Part shown: piece after piece, positions 30,065 to 40,800 of the stretch
Numbering within the stretch: the stretch's first letter is position 1
How the letters are laid out: each line of letters begins with the position of its first letter
Assembly: GCA_958295535.1 (NCBI GenBank)
Contig: OY282356.1
Span: 2,244,611 to 2,308,610, forward strand
Length of the DNA stretch: 64,000 bases
Source of the DNA: Gemmatimonadota bacterium
GTDB lineage: Bacteria; Gemmatimonadota; Gemmatimonadetes; Palauibacterales; Palauibacteraceae
Direction: 5' to 3'
Made by a program: the position numbers and the translations under genes
The notes under the pieces: generated by a model
Told to the model about the DNA's origin: nothing
The model's database searches: none
Seen by the model: the letters and a program-made list of their open reading frames with translations, nothing else

Positions 30065-30107
30065 CTAGCGCGCCGGTCGCGTCCGAAGGGCCGAAGCAGG
30101 CACCTAG
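30048..30107. repeat. 39-bp-period direct repeat over the sulfotransferase start
   Basis: agggccgaagcaggcacctag at 30048-30068 and 30087-30107. Confidence 0.85.
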
Positions 30108-30120
30108 TGCGCGGCCGGCG

Positions 30121-31302
30121 TCACCAGGGCGATGCCGCCTCCGCTTTCAGCTTGTCGGGCAGCCGGTAGCTGAGGTCGTCGATCATCGCGGCATCCATGA
30201 GGAACATGAACTGGTCGCCCCACCACCGGCTCGCCACCTTGGGTGCCGCCCGGTGCAGCGTGTCGTGCACCCGCCGCTTGATCCGCATCCAGCGGAGCAG
30301 GCCCGCCGTCGCCATCTTGGGGAAGCCTAGCTGGTCGGAAAGCTCGTTGCCCAAGAGCGCTCTGGACACGCGGAAGGCATGGTTCTGAAACTCCCGCTGC
30401 TTGGACGGCTCGTCCAGGCCGGCGACCAGCGGCAGCGCCATGACCAAGCGTTGAGCGATCACCGACGCCTCCTCGCCGGGAGGGGGCTCGCAAGCTACCG
30501 CAACATCGCGAAACGCGAGCGTGGCTGCCTCGTCGCCCTCGAACAGGAGGGCGTTCGGCGTGCCCACCAGCCACGACGCGTAACGCCATATCTGCATGAA
30601 TGCGGTGCGGGTCTCCGTATCCAGGTCGGCGCCCAGCCGGTGCGCCTCCTGCAGCAAAGAGGCCGAGAAGTTGGCCGACGAGAGCCCCATGTGCGCAGCG
30701 CTGATCGGAGCGCCAAAGACCGACGGGTCCCATTCGCCGGAGTCGCGGATCAAGCGGCGAACCTGCGCATGCACCAAGCGGATGCGGACGGAGAGCTTCC
30801 ATCCGTCGCCTTCGCGCTCCAGTGCCCCGGGCAGCATGATCTCGATGAAGTGGCGGGTGTTCTGGCGAATGCGCCTCAGGCCGTGCACAGTCCTGACACG
30901 TCCCGTGGCGTAGAACGCCTTGCTGATGAGCGTGGCCGCATTGCGCAGCGTGACGACGAAGAAAGCAGGAATGAACAGGTCCGAGTTGGCGTAGAAGGCG
31001 CGGCATCCGGCGTGCACCGCGTTGGCGTCCCACCAGGCGGGCGTCTTCTCCGCCCGCTCGAACAGCTCGCGCAAGGCGGCCGGTGCGGCAGCGAACTCCT
31101 TCGCATCTCCGTCCATTCCGGCTCGTATGAAACGGTGGCCGCGGGAAGGCTCGAAGCCGGCTAGCGCGTCGGCGGCCGCGTCCGCGGCCGGATCGCCCAT
31201 GGACACATGGCGCATGTACTCGTCCGCCAAGTCGGGGACTAGCTGCTTGGCCCTGGCATAGCCCTTCTCGTAAGCTGGCGGGATGTTCATTGGGGTCGGC
31301 AT
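30121..31302 (-). CDS. MpaB/Lcp-like (DUF2236) heme oxygenase family protein
   Basis: RIRLVHAQVRRLI matches the Lcp-type R-x2-H-x3-R heme-ligand helix. W....G.PIS and WRY...L.G motifs are present. No Tat signal. Confidence 0.85.
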   Translation of the reverse strand: MPTPMNIPPAYEKGYARAKQLVPDLADEYMRHVSMGDPAADAAADALAGFEPSRGHRFIRAGMDGDAKEFAAAPAALRELFERAEKTPAWWDANAVHAGCRAFYANSDLFIPAFFVVTLRNAATLISKAFYATGRVRTVHGLRRIRQNTRHFIEIMLPGALEREGDGWKLSVRIRLVHAQVRRLIRDSGEWDPSVFGAPISAAHMGLSSANFSASLLQEAHRLGADLDTETRTAFMQIWRYASWLVGTPNALLFEGDEAATLAFRDVAVACEPPPGEEASVIAQRLVMALPLVAGLDEPSKQREFQNHAFRVSRALLGNELSDQLGFPKMATAGLLRWMRIKRRVHDTLHRAAPKVASRWWGDQFMFLMDAAMIDDLSYRLPDKLKAEAASPW

Positions 31303-31905
31303 CCTCCTCCTCCCCGAGACGCGATCTCAAGCCACGCGAGGCGTGGGCAAGGCCCGCCGGCAAGGGCCCTCGGCGACCTCGTCGCCTGTTCGCTCACCTG
31401 GGTTGGCAAAGCGTACGCCGACGAGGCAGGGGCCTGTCGGCCGAGATCATGGCCGCAACAAATCAGGCGTTCGAGCACGCGTTAATTTGTGTCGTTGGCT
31501 TGGATGCGGGATTACGGTCTACCCGACTGCTGCGTCAATATCCGTCACCTCCCGTTCGGCGTGTACGTGTGACCGATTCAGGGTTGCCGAACTGAAACAA
31601 CATAATCGCCCGTCGCCGCTCGCGGCCAGTCTCGCCGCCGCCAAGCCCACGAGGCGGGGTCGGTCGTTTGCGGACCCGACCGCCGGATGGAGACGACATT
31701 TCCGAGCTTTTGCCGCATTATGGTGTTTAGACGCCATAGAAACGCTTTACGATTCTCTATTTGTGGAGTCGCTCCATTTTCGTGGAAGGAGGGAGCCACG
31801 ATGCCTTGGCCCGCCCGCCTGCCCCGTGGTATCTTTTCTGGGCGGCCGAAGAGCGATATCCGCCTGACGAGATACAGGTCTTCTAGCAACAGGAGCCAAA
31901 GAGAG

Positions 31906-32898
31906 ATGGCCCGAGCAGACCTGATCCTGCGCCTCGTGAAGGCCAGCCGGACGGGCGACGATGCCCAGATTCGGCGGTCTGTGGAGGCTCTCGCCGCCGA
32001 CGAGCGCGCCAAGAACCACACCGTCTTCGCGGACCGCCTGCTGGCTCTCCTCAATATGGATGACGGCCGCAGGCGCCAACCAGCGCCGATTCCCATCCGC
32101 TCGTCGGCCGGGCCTCTCGTTACGGAACAGACGCCCGCGCGACGTCTTGACGACATGATCCTGTCCGGCGACGCGGAAGAATCCATCCGGGAGCTCGTGT
32201 CCGAGCAACATCGCGCGGACTTGCTCCGATCCTACAACCTCGAGCCGCGAAATCGCGTTCTCCTCGCCGGTCCTCCCGGCAACGGCAAGACCACTCTTGC
32301 CGAAGCGGTCGCCGACGCCTTGAGCGTCTCGTTCGTGGTTGTTCGGTACGAAGCGGTGATCGGCAGCTACCTCGGCGAGACCGCGCAACGAATCAACCAA
32401 GTGTTCGAGTACGCCAGGTCGCGCCAATGCGTATTGTTCCTTGACGAATTCGACGCAATCGGCAAGGAACGCGGCGATGTGCACGAGACTGGGGAAATCA
32501 AGCGGGTAGTCAGTTCGCTACTGCTACAGATCGACGCTCTCCCGAGCTACGTTGTGGTCGTGACGGCCAGCAACCACCCCGAACTCCTCGATCGCGCCGT
32601 TTGGCGCCGGTTTCAGATACGGCTGGAGTTGGCGCCCCCCACGCAAGGGCAGATCGAGGAATGGTTCCGAAGGTTCGAGAGCAGAACCGGTCAATCGCTC
32701 GGCTTTTCGTCTCGGAGCTTGGCCCAGCGGCTGCGTGGGGCCAGCTTCGCGGAAGTGGAAGACTTCGGCACCGACGTGCTGCGCAGAGTCGCGCTGGATC
32801 AGCCGAACGGAAGCGCCAAGCCGCTTGTCGAAAGGAAGCTTCGGCACTGGAAGAAGCGGTACTCTCCGACTCCCTCCCCGATGGATAACTCCTTCTAG
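31906..32898 (+). CDS. AAA+ ATPase, IetA-like
   Basis: Walker A GPPGNGKT, Walker B LFLDEFD and SRH ASNHPELLDRAVWRRF. IGSYLGET and GEIKRVVSSLL are typical of S8-associated ATPases. ATG 31906 follows AGGAG. Confidence 0.92.
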   Translation: MARADLILRLVKASRTGDDAQIRRSVEALAADERAKNHTVFADRLLALLNMDDGRRRQPAPIPIRSSAGPLVTEQTPARRLDDMILSGDAEESIRELVSEQHRADLLRSYNLEPRNRVLLAGPPGNGKTTLAEAVADALSVSFVVVRYEAVIGSYLGETAQRINQVFEYARSRQCVLFLDEFDAIGKERGDVHETGEIKRVVSSLLLQIDALPSYVVVVTASNHPELLDRAVWRRFQIRLELAPPTQGQIEEWFRRFESRTGQSLGFSSRSLAQRLRGASFAEVEDFGTDVLRRVALDQPNGSAKPLVERKLRHWKKRYSPTPSPMDNSF

Positions 32899-32901
32899 GC
32901 C

Positions 32902-35544
32902 GTGGCCGACGCGAGTCATCCTCTCCTGATATTTCCAGAACCCGCGCGGGCCAAGCCTGCCAGGGATCGGCCTATTCGTCCTCCCCGTATCAGGCGTCCG
33001 TCTCATTCGCAGCAGGCGGATCGGATAATGCCTCAGTTTCAGCGGTTGCAAGATGCTCTCGAAGGCAGGCGATTGGCACTGCACGGCAACACCCTCGGCA
33101 TTCAGCCCGAGCAGGTGTTGGTCTTGGAAACGATAGGCTCCATACAGAACTTCATCAACGCAGTTCGAAGGACCGACGGATTGGAATGGCTAGCCGAGCA
33201 TGATATCCGCGACATTGAGCCCGAGCACGGCTTCTCGCTTGAAGATAAGCCAGGGAAGAGTCTGAACGGACAGATGTTTATGGTAATGACCGATCAGAAA
33301 GCCTTGAGCGATCTACGAAGCATGTTTGAGAAATGGAAGAGGGACCCGACCAAGAAGTTTTCCTCTGGCCTTAGGCCGTTCAGGCAGGTGTTCGAATACC
33401 TGAAAAAGATTCGGCCTTGGGGTGTCCGCGACCGAATTCGGGAGACCGGTGTCGTCGAGGATTGGAGGAACCGGCTCAGGGACGAGCAGGAAGCCATTCC
33501 CTTCGAGGTCGAGCTCTGGCATAGGGAACCCGGAGACCAACGCGTGACGGCCGGTGGCCGCCTTCGATTCGAAATTGGCGCAATGGGCGGGTCCGTTCTT
33601 CAGCAGAGCGTGATTCCGGAGATTGCTTACCACGGCGTCTTGGCCCGACTTCCAGCCAGCAAGATCCAGAGAATTATCGATCGCTTGGACGCCGACGATA
33701 GCCTGGACGAATACCCGCCAGACATCCGGCTATTGGCTGCCGACAACATCATGTACGTCCGGCCCGTGGGGCAATGTGCCATCCGGATAGCTGACTCTGA
33801 GGAGCCTGCACAAACCGTAGAGTTCGCGACGACCCGGGTGCCGCAAGGAGACCCTGTAGCTGCGCTGCTCGACGGAATGCCGCTGACGGGCCATCAAGCG
33901 TTCACAGACTTGGCCGGCGACCCGCACCCCGAGAAGCTAGACGGCGTCGAGTCGCGTGTGATCGTGGATGACCCCGATGGCTACGCGGACACCTACCAAG
34001 CCGCGGACCGCTCTCATGGAACCGCAATGGCCTCCCTCATATGTCATGGAGACCTGCATCGGCCGGCTGCCCCGCTTTCCACGCCTCTATACTTCAGACC
34101 GATAATGAAACCCGTGAAGGGATTCGACGGGACCGTTGAACGAATTCCTGAAGACGTGTTGCCGGTCGATCTGATTCATAGGGCCGTTCGACGAATGTAC
34201 GAGCCCGAAGGCGACGAGCCTGCCATTGCGCCCACAGTCCAGGTCATCAATCTGTCCATAGGTGACCCGATCAGACCGTTCTTCCGGGAAATGAGCGCAT
34301 GGGCGCGTCTGCTGGATTGGCTGTCGTGGAAGTATCAAGTCCTATTTGTTGTCAGCGCCGGAAACGCGGGTCAGGACATAGAGCTTGATGTCCCGACGGA
34401 GTCGTTGTCCGAGCTTCGGCCGACCGAGGTAGCGCGAGAGGTCGTTTCGGCTGTCACGAAGGACACGCGCAACCGTCGCATTCTGTCGCCGGCGGAGACC
34501 CTCAACGGACTTTCGATCGGAGCCGCTCACGACGACTGGTCCGGCATGATACCGAACCGGCGCGTCGATCCCTTTCCATCTTTTTCCGACGGACCAAACG
34601 TTGTCAGTCGTCACGGACCCGGCTATCGGCGGGCGCTCAAGCCAGAGGTATTGGTGCCGGGCGGCAGACAGACAGTGGCCCACAAGATCCCCACACCTAG
34701 CAATCGCGCGTTGACGGTTCGGCAGTCAAGGAGTCGACCCGGTCAGGCCGTTGCCGCTCCGGGCCGACATGGTTTGCTGAATGAGAAGGCGTACACGACG
34801 GGAACGAGCAATGCCGCCGCGTTAACGACGAGGACAGCGGTAGAGCTGCACGAAATGCTGAATGGCCTTCGGAGCGTCACCGGAGGTCCCCCTGCCGAGT
34901 ACGAAGCTGTCTTGATCAAGACGCTGTTGGTGCACGGCGCATCGTGGCGTGATATTGCAGATGTCTACAGAGCGGTGATGAAGGGCCGGCATGGCGCGCG
35001 CGCGGCGAGAGAACAGGTGGGGCGTTGCCTGGGTTACGGAGCAGTTGACTTCGAGAGGGTAAAGTCGTGTACGGAGCAACGGGTGACCGTACTGGGATTC
35101 GGAGAGTTGGACGATAAGGAGGCACATCGGTTTGATCTGCCGATACCCCCTGGCTTGAGCGGACGCGCCCAGCGAAGAAGATTGACAGTCACGTTGGCTT
35201 GGCTGACTCCAATCGCAAGTACAAGACAGCAGTACCGGATAGCACGACTTTGGTTCAGTCCCAAGAACGAACTGGCAGGTGATCGAGTGTTCTTCGCTGA
35301 TCACAATGCCGTTCGGAGGGGGACTGTTCAACACGAGATACTCGAAGGAAAGAAGGCTACGTCCTTTGTGGACGGGAAAGTCGTCAAGATCGCAGTCAAC
35401 TGTCGAGCGGACGCTGTCGACCTGCCTAGGTCAGTGCGATACGGACTGGCAGTGACGCTCGAAGTGTCGGAGGGAGTGGACATTCCGATCTACCAAGAAG
35501 TGCGTGATCGACTGCGCGTTCCGGTACGGCCGCCCAACCGCTGA
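32902..35544 (+). CDS. S8 (subtilisin-like) serine protease, IetS-like
   Basis: Catalytic triad ALLDG, SHGTAMAS and GTSNAA; oxyanion motif VSAGN; VINLSIG. No signal peptide. Starts 3 bp after the ATPase stop. Confidence 0.92.
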   Translation: MADASHPLLIFPEPARAKPARDRPIRPPRIRRPSHSQQADRIMPQFQRLQDALEGRRLALHGNTLGIQPEQVLVLETIGSIQNFINAVRRTDGLEWLAEHDIRDIEPEHGFSLEDKPGKSLNGQMFMVMTDQKALSDLRSMFEKWKRDPTKKFSSGLRPFRQVFEYLKKIRPWGVRDRIRETGVVEDWRNRLRDEQEAIPFEVELWHREPGDQRVTAGGRLRFEIGAMGGSVLQQSVIPEIAYHGVLARLPASKIQRIIDRLDADDSLDEYPPDIRLLAADNIMYVRPVGQCAIRIADSEEPAQTVEFATTRVPQGDPVAALLDGMPLTGHQAFTDLAGDPHPEKLDGVESRVIVDDPDGYADTYQAADRSHGTAMASLICHGDLHRPAAPLSTPLYFRPIMKPVKGFDGTVERIPEDVLPVDLIHRAVRRMYEPEGDEPAIAPTVQVINLSIGDPIRPFFREMSAWARLLDWLSWKYQVLFVVSAGNAGQDIELDVPTESLSELRPTEVAREVVSAVTKDTRNRRILSPAETLNGLSIGAAHDDWSGMIPNRRVDPFPSFSDGPNVVSRHGPGYRRALKPEVLVPGGRQTVAHKIPTPSNRALTVRQSRSRPGQAVAAPGRHGLLNEKAYTTGTSNAAALTTRTAVELHEMLNGLRSVTGGPPAEYEAVLIKTLLVHGASWRDIADVYRAVMKGRHGARAAREQVGRCLGYGAVDFERVKSCTEQRVTVLGFGELDDKEAHRFDLPIPPGLSGRAQRRRLTVTLAWLTPIASTRQQYRIARLWFSPKNELAGDRVFFADHNAVRRGTVQHEILEGKKATSFVDGKVVKIAVNCRADAVDLPRSVRYGLAVTLEVSEGVDIPIYQEVRDRLRVPVRPPNR

Positions 35545-37108
35545 TGCCAACCATGAGCAGAATCGAGAAATCTCGAAGGGAGTTCATCAGGGCCGGGGCC
35601 GCCGGCTTGGCAGGGGCCGTCTTGTCGCCGGGACGGCTGGTCGCGGACCCTTACGCGCCGCTAAGCGATGCGCTTGTCCGGCCTGCCGCCAGTTCGGTTC
35701 GCGCCGCCGACCTGGGCGCTTCCGCGGCCGCCCGGCCCGTCCGGGTCCGGGGCGCGGTGCGAGCTTCGGGACGCGGGCTGTCCCGGGTCGCCGTCTCGGA
35801 CGGCCTCCAAGTGGTGGAAACGGGGCCCGACGGAGCCTTCGAGCTCGTCACGACCACCGAGCAGGACTTCGTATGGTTCTCCGTTCCGTCCGGATACGGG
35901 TTCCCCATGAACCCGTCGGGCACGGCGCGCTTCTACCGGCCATTGACGACCGCGGCGGAGCAGGCAGCCGAGTTCGACTTGGAGCCGGACCCGGCGTCCC
36001 ACGAGAACCACACGCTGTTGCTGCTGGGCGACATCCAGACCCAGAACCAGCAGGAGATGGAGTGGTTTCTGGAGCAGGCCGTCCCCGACTGCGGCAGACC
36101 GTGAGCGAACTGGGCGACGAGCACATGTTCGGCATCGCGTGTGGCGACATCATGTTCGACGATCTGACTCTTTTCCCCGCCTACGAGAGCGGCGTGCAAC
36201 GGATCGGCGTGCCCTTCTTCCAAGTCGTCGGCAATCACGACCTGGACATGAGCAGTCCCACCGACGAAGGCTCGATCGAAACCTTCAGCCGCCACTTCGG
36301 TCCCCGGAACTACTCGTTCGACCGGGGCGCCGTGCACTACGTGACGCTGGACGACGTGTTCTGGTACGGAAGCCACTACATCGGCTATCTGGATGCGGGC
36401 ACGCTGGCTTGGCTGGAGCGCGACTTGGCGCGAGTGGAGCCGGGCGCGGTCGTGGTGGTGACCACCCACATCCCCGTGCTGGGAAGCTACCACACTCGAC
36501 TGGGCCTGGGCTCGCCCGAGAGCAGCGAAGCAATAACGAACCGGGATGTCCTATACCGCCTGCTGGAGCCCTTTCGATCCCATGTCCTCGTTGGCCACAT
36601 GCATGAATCGGAACACCTCTTCGGCGGGGGGATCCACGAGCATGTCGCCGGAGCGATCTGCGGCGCGTGGTGGAGCGGCCCGATCTGCTGGGATGGCACC
36701 CCGAACGGCTATTGCCTCTACAGGATCCGAGACGAGGAGGTCACGTGGCGCTACAAGACCACGGGTCGGCCCGTTAGCCACCAAATGCGCCTCTACCCGC
36801 CCGGTTCCGACCCCGAGACGCCCTACGACCTGTTGGTCAATGTGTGGGACTGGGATCCCGCATGGACGGTGCGGTGGTTCGCCGACGGCGAGCCCCGGGG
36901 CGCGATGGAGCGACGACGCGGCCCCGACCCGCTGAGCGTCGAGCTGCATGCGGGCCCCGGTATGCCGAGGCGCCGTCCGTGGGTGGACCCGATGCCTGCC
37001 GACCACATCTTCCGGGCGACGCTCGCCGGCGGCGAACAGGTCGTGACGGTGGAGGCGACGGACCGGTTCGGCCGGAGCTACGCGGAGGAATGGCGAAGGG
37101 ACGGATGA
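35544..37108 (+). pseudogene. Tat-exported calcineurin-like metallophosphoesterase, split by a 1-bp frameshift near 36090
   Basis: The N-terminal half (35544..36104) has the SRREF Tat motif and GDIQ. The C-terminal half, in another frame (to 37108), has GDIMFD, GNHD and GHMH. The junction gtc ccc gac tg cgg cag acc lacks one base of the expected VPDLRQT. Confidence 0.85.
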
Positions 37109-37265
37109 ACGGTCTGTCGGTCCGTGCCTGCGGCCCGGACGCTATCGCCGTTTTCCGACCGCCATACCGGCGCGTCAACCATCCGCGCCGTGCCAAGTGA
37201 CTGCGGCCCGGGCGCCACTGCCCTGGTCCGCCGTTGGCCGGCGCCTTACGCGGGGGGCCGGCAGC

Positions 37266-37820
37266 CTACGCCGGGGGGCCGTCCGGGTGCAACTCGCACT
37301 CCGGCGGCTGAAGCCGGGTCCACGACAGCGAGACGATCTGCCACGCCTCCGTCTCGGGATTCCTGGCAAGCAGGAGCGCGTCGGCGCCGCAGTGGCTGAG
37401 CTGGTCGTCCATATAGAAGTCGTAGGGCGTCCAGACCATGGCCAGATCGCCGCTGATCCGCACCTCCGGATCGAACATGCGCTCCGTGAAGACCACATCG
37501 CTGCCATCCACGCGGGCGACCAGCTCCTCCAGAGTCATGGTCAAGATGTCGAGGGCGCCGTCCGGCGACCGATCCACCGCGCGCATCAGGATCTGCGGGT
37601 GCATGACATCGCGAAGCGCCGCGCCGTCGCCCACGGCAATGGCGTCGAAAATCGCCTGGACGGTCGCCAGAACCGCCTCCCGCTCCGCCTCCGTGGGCAT
37701 GTGGCGGGCGACGGACGGCGCAGACGACGACGATGCGTCCGACGCATGGTCGGACGAAGGCGCGCAGCTCGGAACAGCCAGAACGGCGGTGGCGGCGAGC
37801 ACGAGAACCGAACGCTTCAT
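37266..37820 (-). CDS. NTF2/SnoaL-like fold protein, probable lipoprotein
   Basis: Signal ending AVPSC. ERMFDPEVRISGDLAMVWTPYDFYMD..SHCG.D...L......WQIV is typical of lumazine-binding/DUF4440-like NTF2 proteins. Confidence 0.78.
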   Translation of the reverse strand: MKRSVLVLAATAVLAVPSCAPSSDHASDASSSSAPSVARHMPTEAEREAVLATVQAIFDAIAVGDGAALRDVMHPQILMRAVDRSPDGALDILTMTLEELVARVDGSDVVFTERMFDPEVRISGDLAMVWTPYDFYMDDQLSHCGADALLLARNPETEAWQIVSLSWTRLQPPECELHPDGPPA

Positions 37821-37848
37821 GAGTTCCTCCTGGTCTGAACGCTCCCGG

Positions 37849-40800
37849 TCAATCCGCAGCGCGATCCCGCTCCGGTCTCATCGGAACAAGTATGTTCGGC
37901 ACCGTGAAGTGCAGGCCCACGGCGGACTTCCCGGCCAACCGCGCTGCCGCCCGGTACACCGCGGCCTGGATGTCGTACTCCCGCGCCACCATCATGGCTT
38001 GGTCGGCCGTGATTCGGTGAGTCTTGAAGTCTATCACCAGCGTCCGGACTCTCTCGCCCCGCTCCGCCGACTCCCCGGATGCCCCGGACAAAGGGTGCGC
38101 GCCCCATTGAAGCAGATTCGGCGTATCGCAGTCTTCGGCGCCTGATGCGCGGGCGCCGGACGAAGGTTGCACGACCCGTCGAAATAGATCCATCGCGCCT
38201 ATCCGCCAATCCCTGGGGCCCACGATGTGCACGAACCGGAGCTCCTTCCAGTAGTCGCGGCCAACTTCGCCTTCCGTGTACCACCGCCACTCCTCGCTTG
38301 TGACGACCCGCCGAATCTCGTGTTCCATCCGCTCTCGATACTTGCTTCCCGAGCGCAGTACGTAGTCGAGTTCCGGCTCGTCCAGCGACCCTATCGTCTC
38401 GTCGAGGATCCGCGAGAGCTCTTCCTCCTCCTCGAGCCGCTCCAGCACGCCGTGGATGACCTTGCCCCGCAGGAGAGGGGAAAGAGACGGCGCCGTCGCC
38501 TCGCCGTGAACGGCGGGAGCGAACATCTCGGAATCCAGCACGCCGTGCCGGTAGCGCCGCTCCCACGCTTCCGGATCCGTGGAACGCAGCATGAGCTCCG
38601 TCGCCGAGTGCGCCCACGACGGACTCGGTTCGGGCCGCGGAGCGATCAATGCCGGCGGTTCCACCGCAGTGTACCGGTCGAGCCAGTCCAGCCCCGGTGG
38701 CCGCGCCGTCCCGAAGCTCTCCATCTTCGAGGATGGGGCAAGCCGAGACGCGCCCCCGTGCACGAGCCAATGGTTGTAGCCGCGCCTCTTCTCATCCGAG
38801 CCGACGATGACCAAGTGATCCCGGGCCCGGCTGACTGCGACATAGAGGAGCCGCGCCTCTTCCGCCTCCGCCTCGAGCTGCTCCCGCCAGACGATGAAGT
38901 TGCCGCGGCCACCCCTGTCTTTCTTCTTCAGGGCGTAGAGCGGACCAAGCTCCGGATCGAAGAAATATTCGTTCGCCGGAGCGCGCCACAGCGGCTGGTT
39001 GATGCTGGCCAGGAAGACGAGCGGCCATTCGAGTCCCTTGGCTTGGTGGATCGTCGTGAGGATGACTAGATCGTCTTCCGCAGAATCGAGGGCAGCTTGG
39101 GGGACGCCAACATCACGGGTCGTGGACCTGTCCCATATCTCCAGGAAGGCGGACAAGTCATCGCCCCGGTGGTCCTCCGCGAAGTGGATGAGGCTCTGCA
39201 GGTTGGCCATGACCGCATCGGCCCGGTCCATCATGAGGATGTGCAGGCGGTACCCCGTGCGGTCGAGCAACTCCTCGATGAGTTCGTCCACCGAGATCCG
39301 GGGAGCCAGCCGACGCAGATCGTCCAGCGTCTCGAGTCCGACCGCCAACGCTTCTCGCTCGATCCGCGCCAGCTCGGGGTGATCGGGGGCCTCCGGCCAC
39401 TCCCCCTCCGCCTGCCAGATCCTGGCCTGCGCGAGCAGGGGCGCCGACTCCTGCAACAACCGCATGCGGGCGATCGTTTCATCTCGAAGCCCCACGAATG
39501 GAGACCTCAGATATCCGAACGCCCTGAGATCATCCCACTCCGCATCGAGGAGACGAAGAACGTTCAGCACGTCCATGATCTCTTGCCGGCTGGCGAGGTG
39601 AGTCAGGCCCGCCACATAGTGAGGGATGCCGTAGCTGGTCAAGGCCGCCTTGAACTGCTCCAGTCCGGTGCGGGCGCGGTAAAGCAGGGCGATGTCGCGG
39701 TACGCCACAGAGCGCAGTTCGCCGGTAGCGGGGTCGCGGATGGCAAGATTGCCCACAACCTCTTCTATCCGCGCGGCTATCTGGGCGGCTTCGGCTTCGC
39801 GTTGGGGGCCGGCCCTCCCCTCGTTCACGACTATCCACTCGACGGAACTGAGCCAGTCGTCCGCGGCGTCGGCCTCGAGTGCCGCATAGTCCACCCGGCT
39901 GCGGGGCCGCTCGGCCGCCAGCTTGTCTCCCGTTTCCCCCAGAGCGACATTTCCCACGCTGTTCACGAAGTCGATGATGCGGGGCAGGCTACGAAAGTTG
40001 CGGGACAGATCTAGAACTTCGCCACGGTCTCCCAACCCCTGCACAACTTGGTTCCACACGGATATGTCGGCCCCGCGAAAGCGGTAGATGCTCTGTTTCG
40101 GGTCCCCCACGAGGAAGAGCTGGGGCCGGGCGGCATCGTCGATATCGAGGCTGGCGATCGCCAGCGCGATGTCGCGCTGCGCGAAGTCGGTGTCTTGAAA
40201 TTCGTCGATGACGAGTATCCGGTAACGTCTCTGGATGGCGGCTAGAGCGGCCTTCCCTCGAGGTCCCGCCAGAAGATTCCGGGCTTCGAGGATGAGGCTG
40301 TCAAAGTCGCGCCGGTTGTCTTCCAGCAACGATGCTTCCCACCGCCGCTGGGCTTCGCTAGCCAAGTCGATCAGCGCATCGCAGATGGCAAGCGCCTCGT
40401 CGTCTCCCGGAGTCCACTCCCGGAAGCCATTCTTGTCTTCGAGAGATTCCTCGTCGACGAAACACTCGTTTCTGGCTGCTACGACCTTGTCCCAGGCCGT
40501 TTCGATCGCCGGCAGGTCGAGGGACACGCCCGCCGAGCCGTCGGCGGCGAGCCACCGCGCGTACGAGCGCCCCCGCCAGCGCAGGTCGCGCAGCACTGTC
40601 CTCACATGATCTACCGCGCCCCTGGCATGCCCGCGCCCAGAAAGTCTCATCCGCTGGAGCAGCGTGCGGGCCGAGGGATCGTTCGCTTCCATCCTCTCGA
40701 GAATCAACTCTTTGATGAGCAGGTCCTGCTCTGCCCATGCCTCGTCCTCGTCCATCACCTCGAAAGTGGGGTCGATCCCCAGGCGCAGCGCATGTTCGCG

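Noticed and set aside
30065-30067. Pyrrolysine or other readthrough of the in-frame TAG before the sulfotransferase
   Set aside because: The TAG is part of the duplicated 39-bp unit, and the upstream peptide is only a copy of the start region.
31700-31840. A/T-rich stretch with a small hairpin (tatggtgt-ttag-acgccata) as an ncRNA or riboswitch
   Set aside because: It is too short and matches no family I recognise. It is more likely part of the divergent promoter region.
31687-31905. 73-aa N-terminal extension of the AAA ATPase given in the ORF track
   Set aside because: It is not protein-like, and ATG 31906 has an RBS and matches the usual family N-terminus.
31300-35560. Mobile element boundaries around the IetAS-like pair
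   Set aside because: I found no integrase, transposase, tRNA, terminal inverted repeats or target duplication by eye.
36081-36104. Programmed ribosomal frameshift in the phosphoesterase
   Set aside because: No slippery heptamer or homopolymer lies at the junction; a simple 1-bp deletion explains it.
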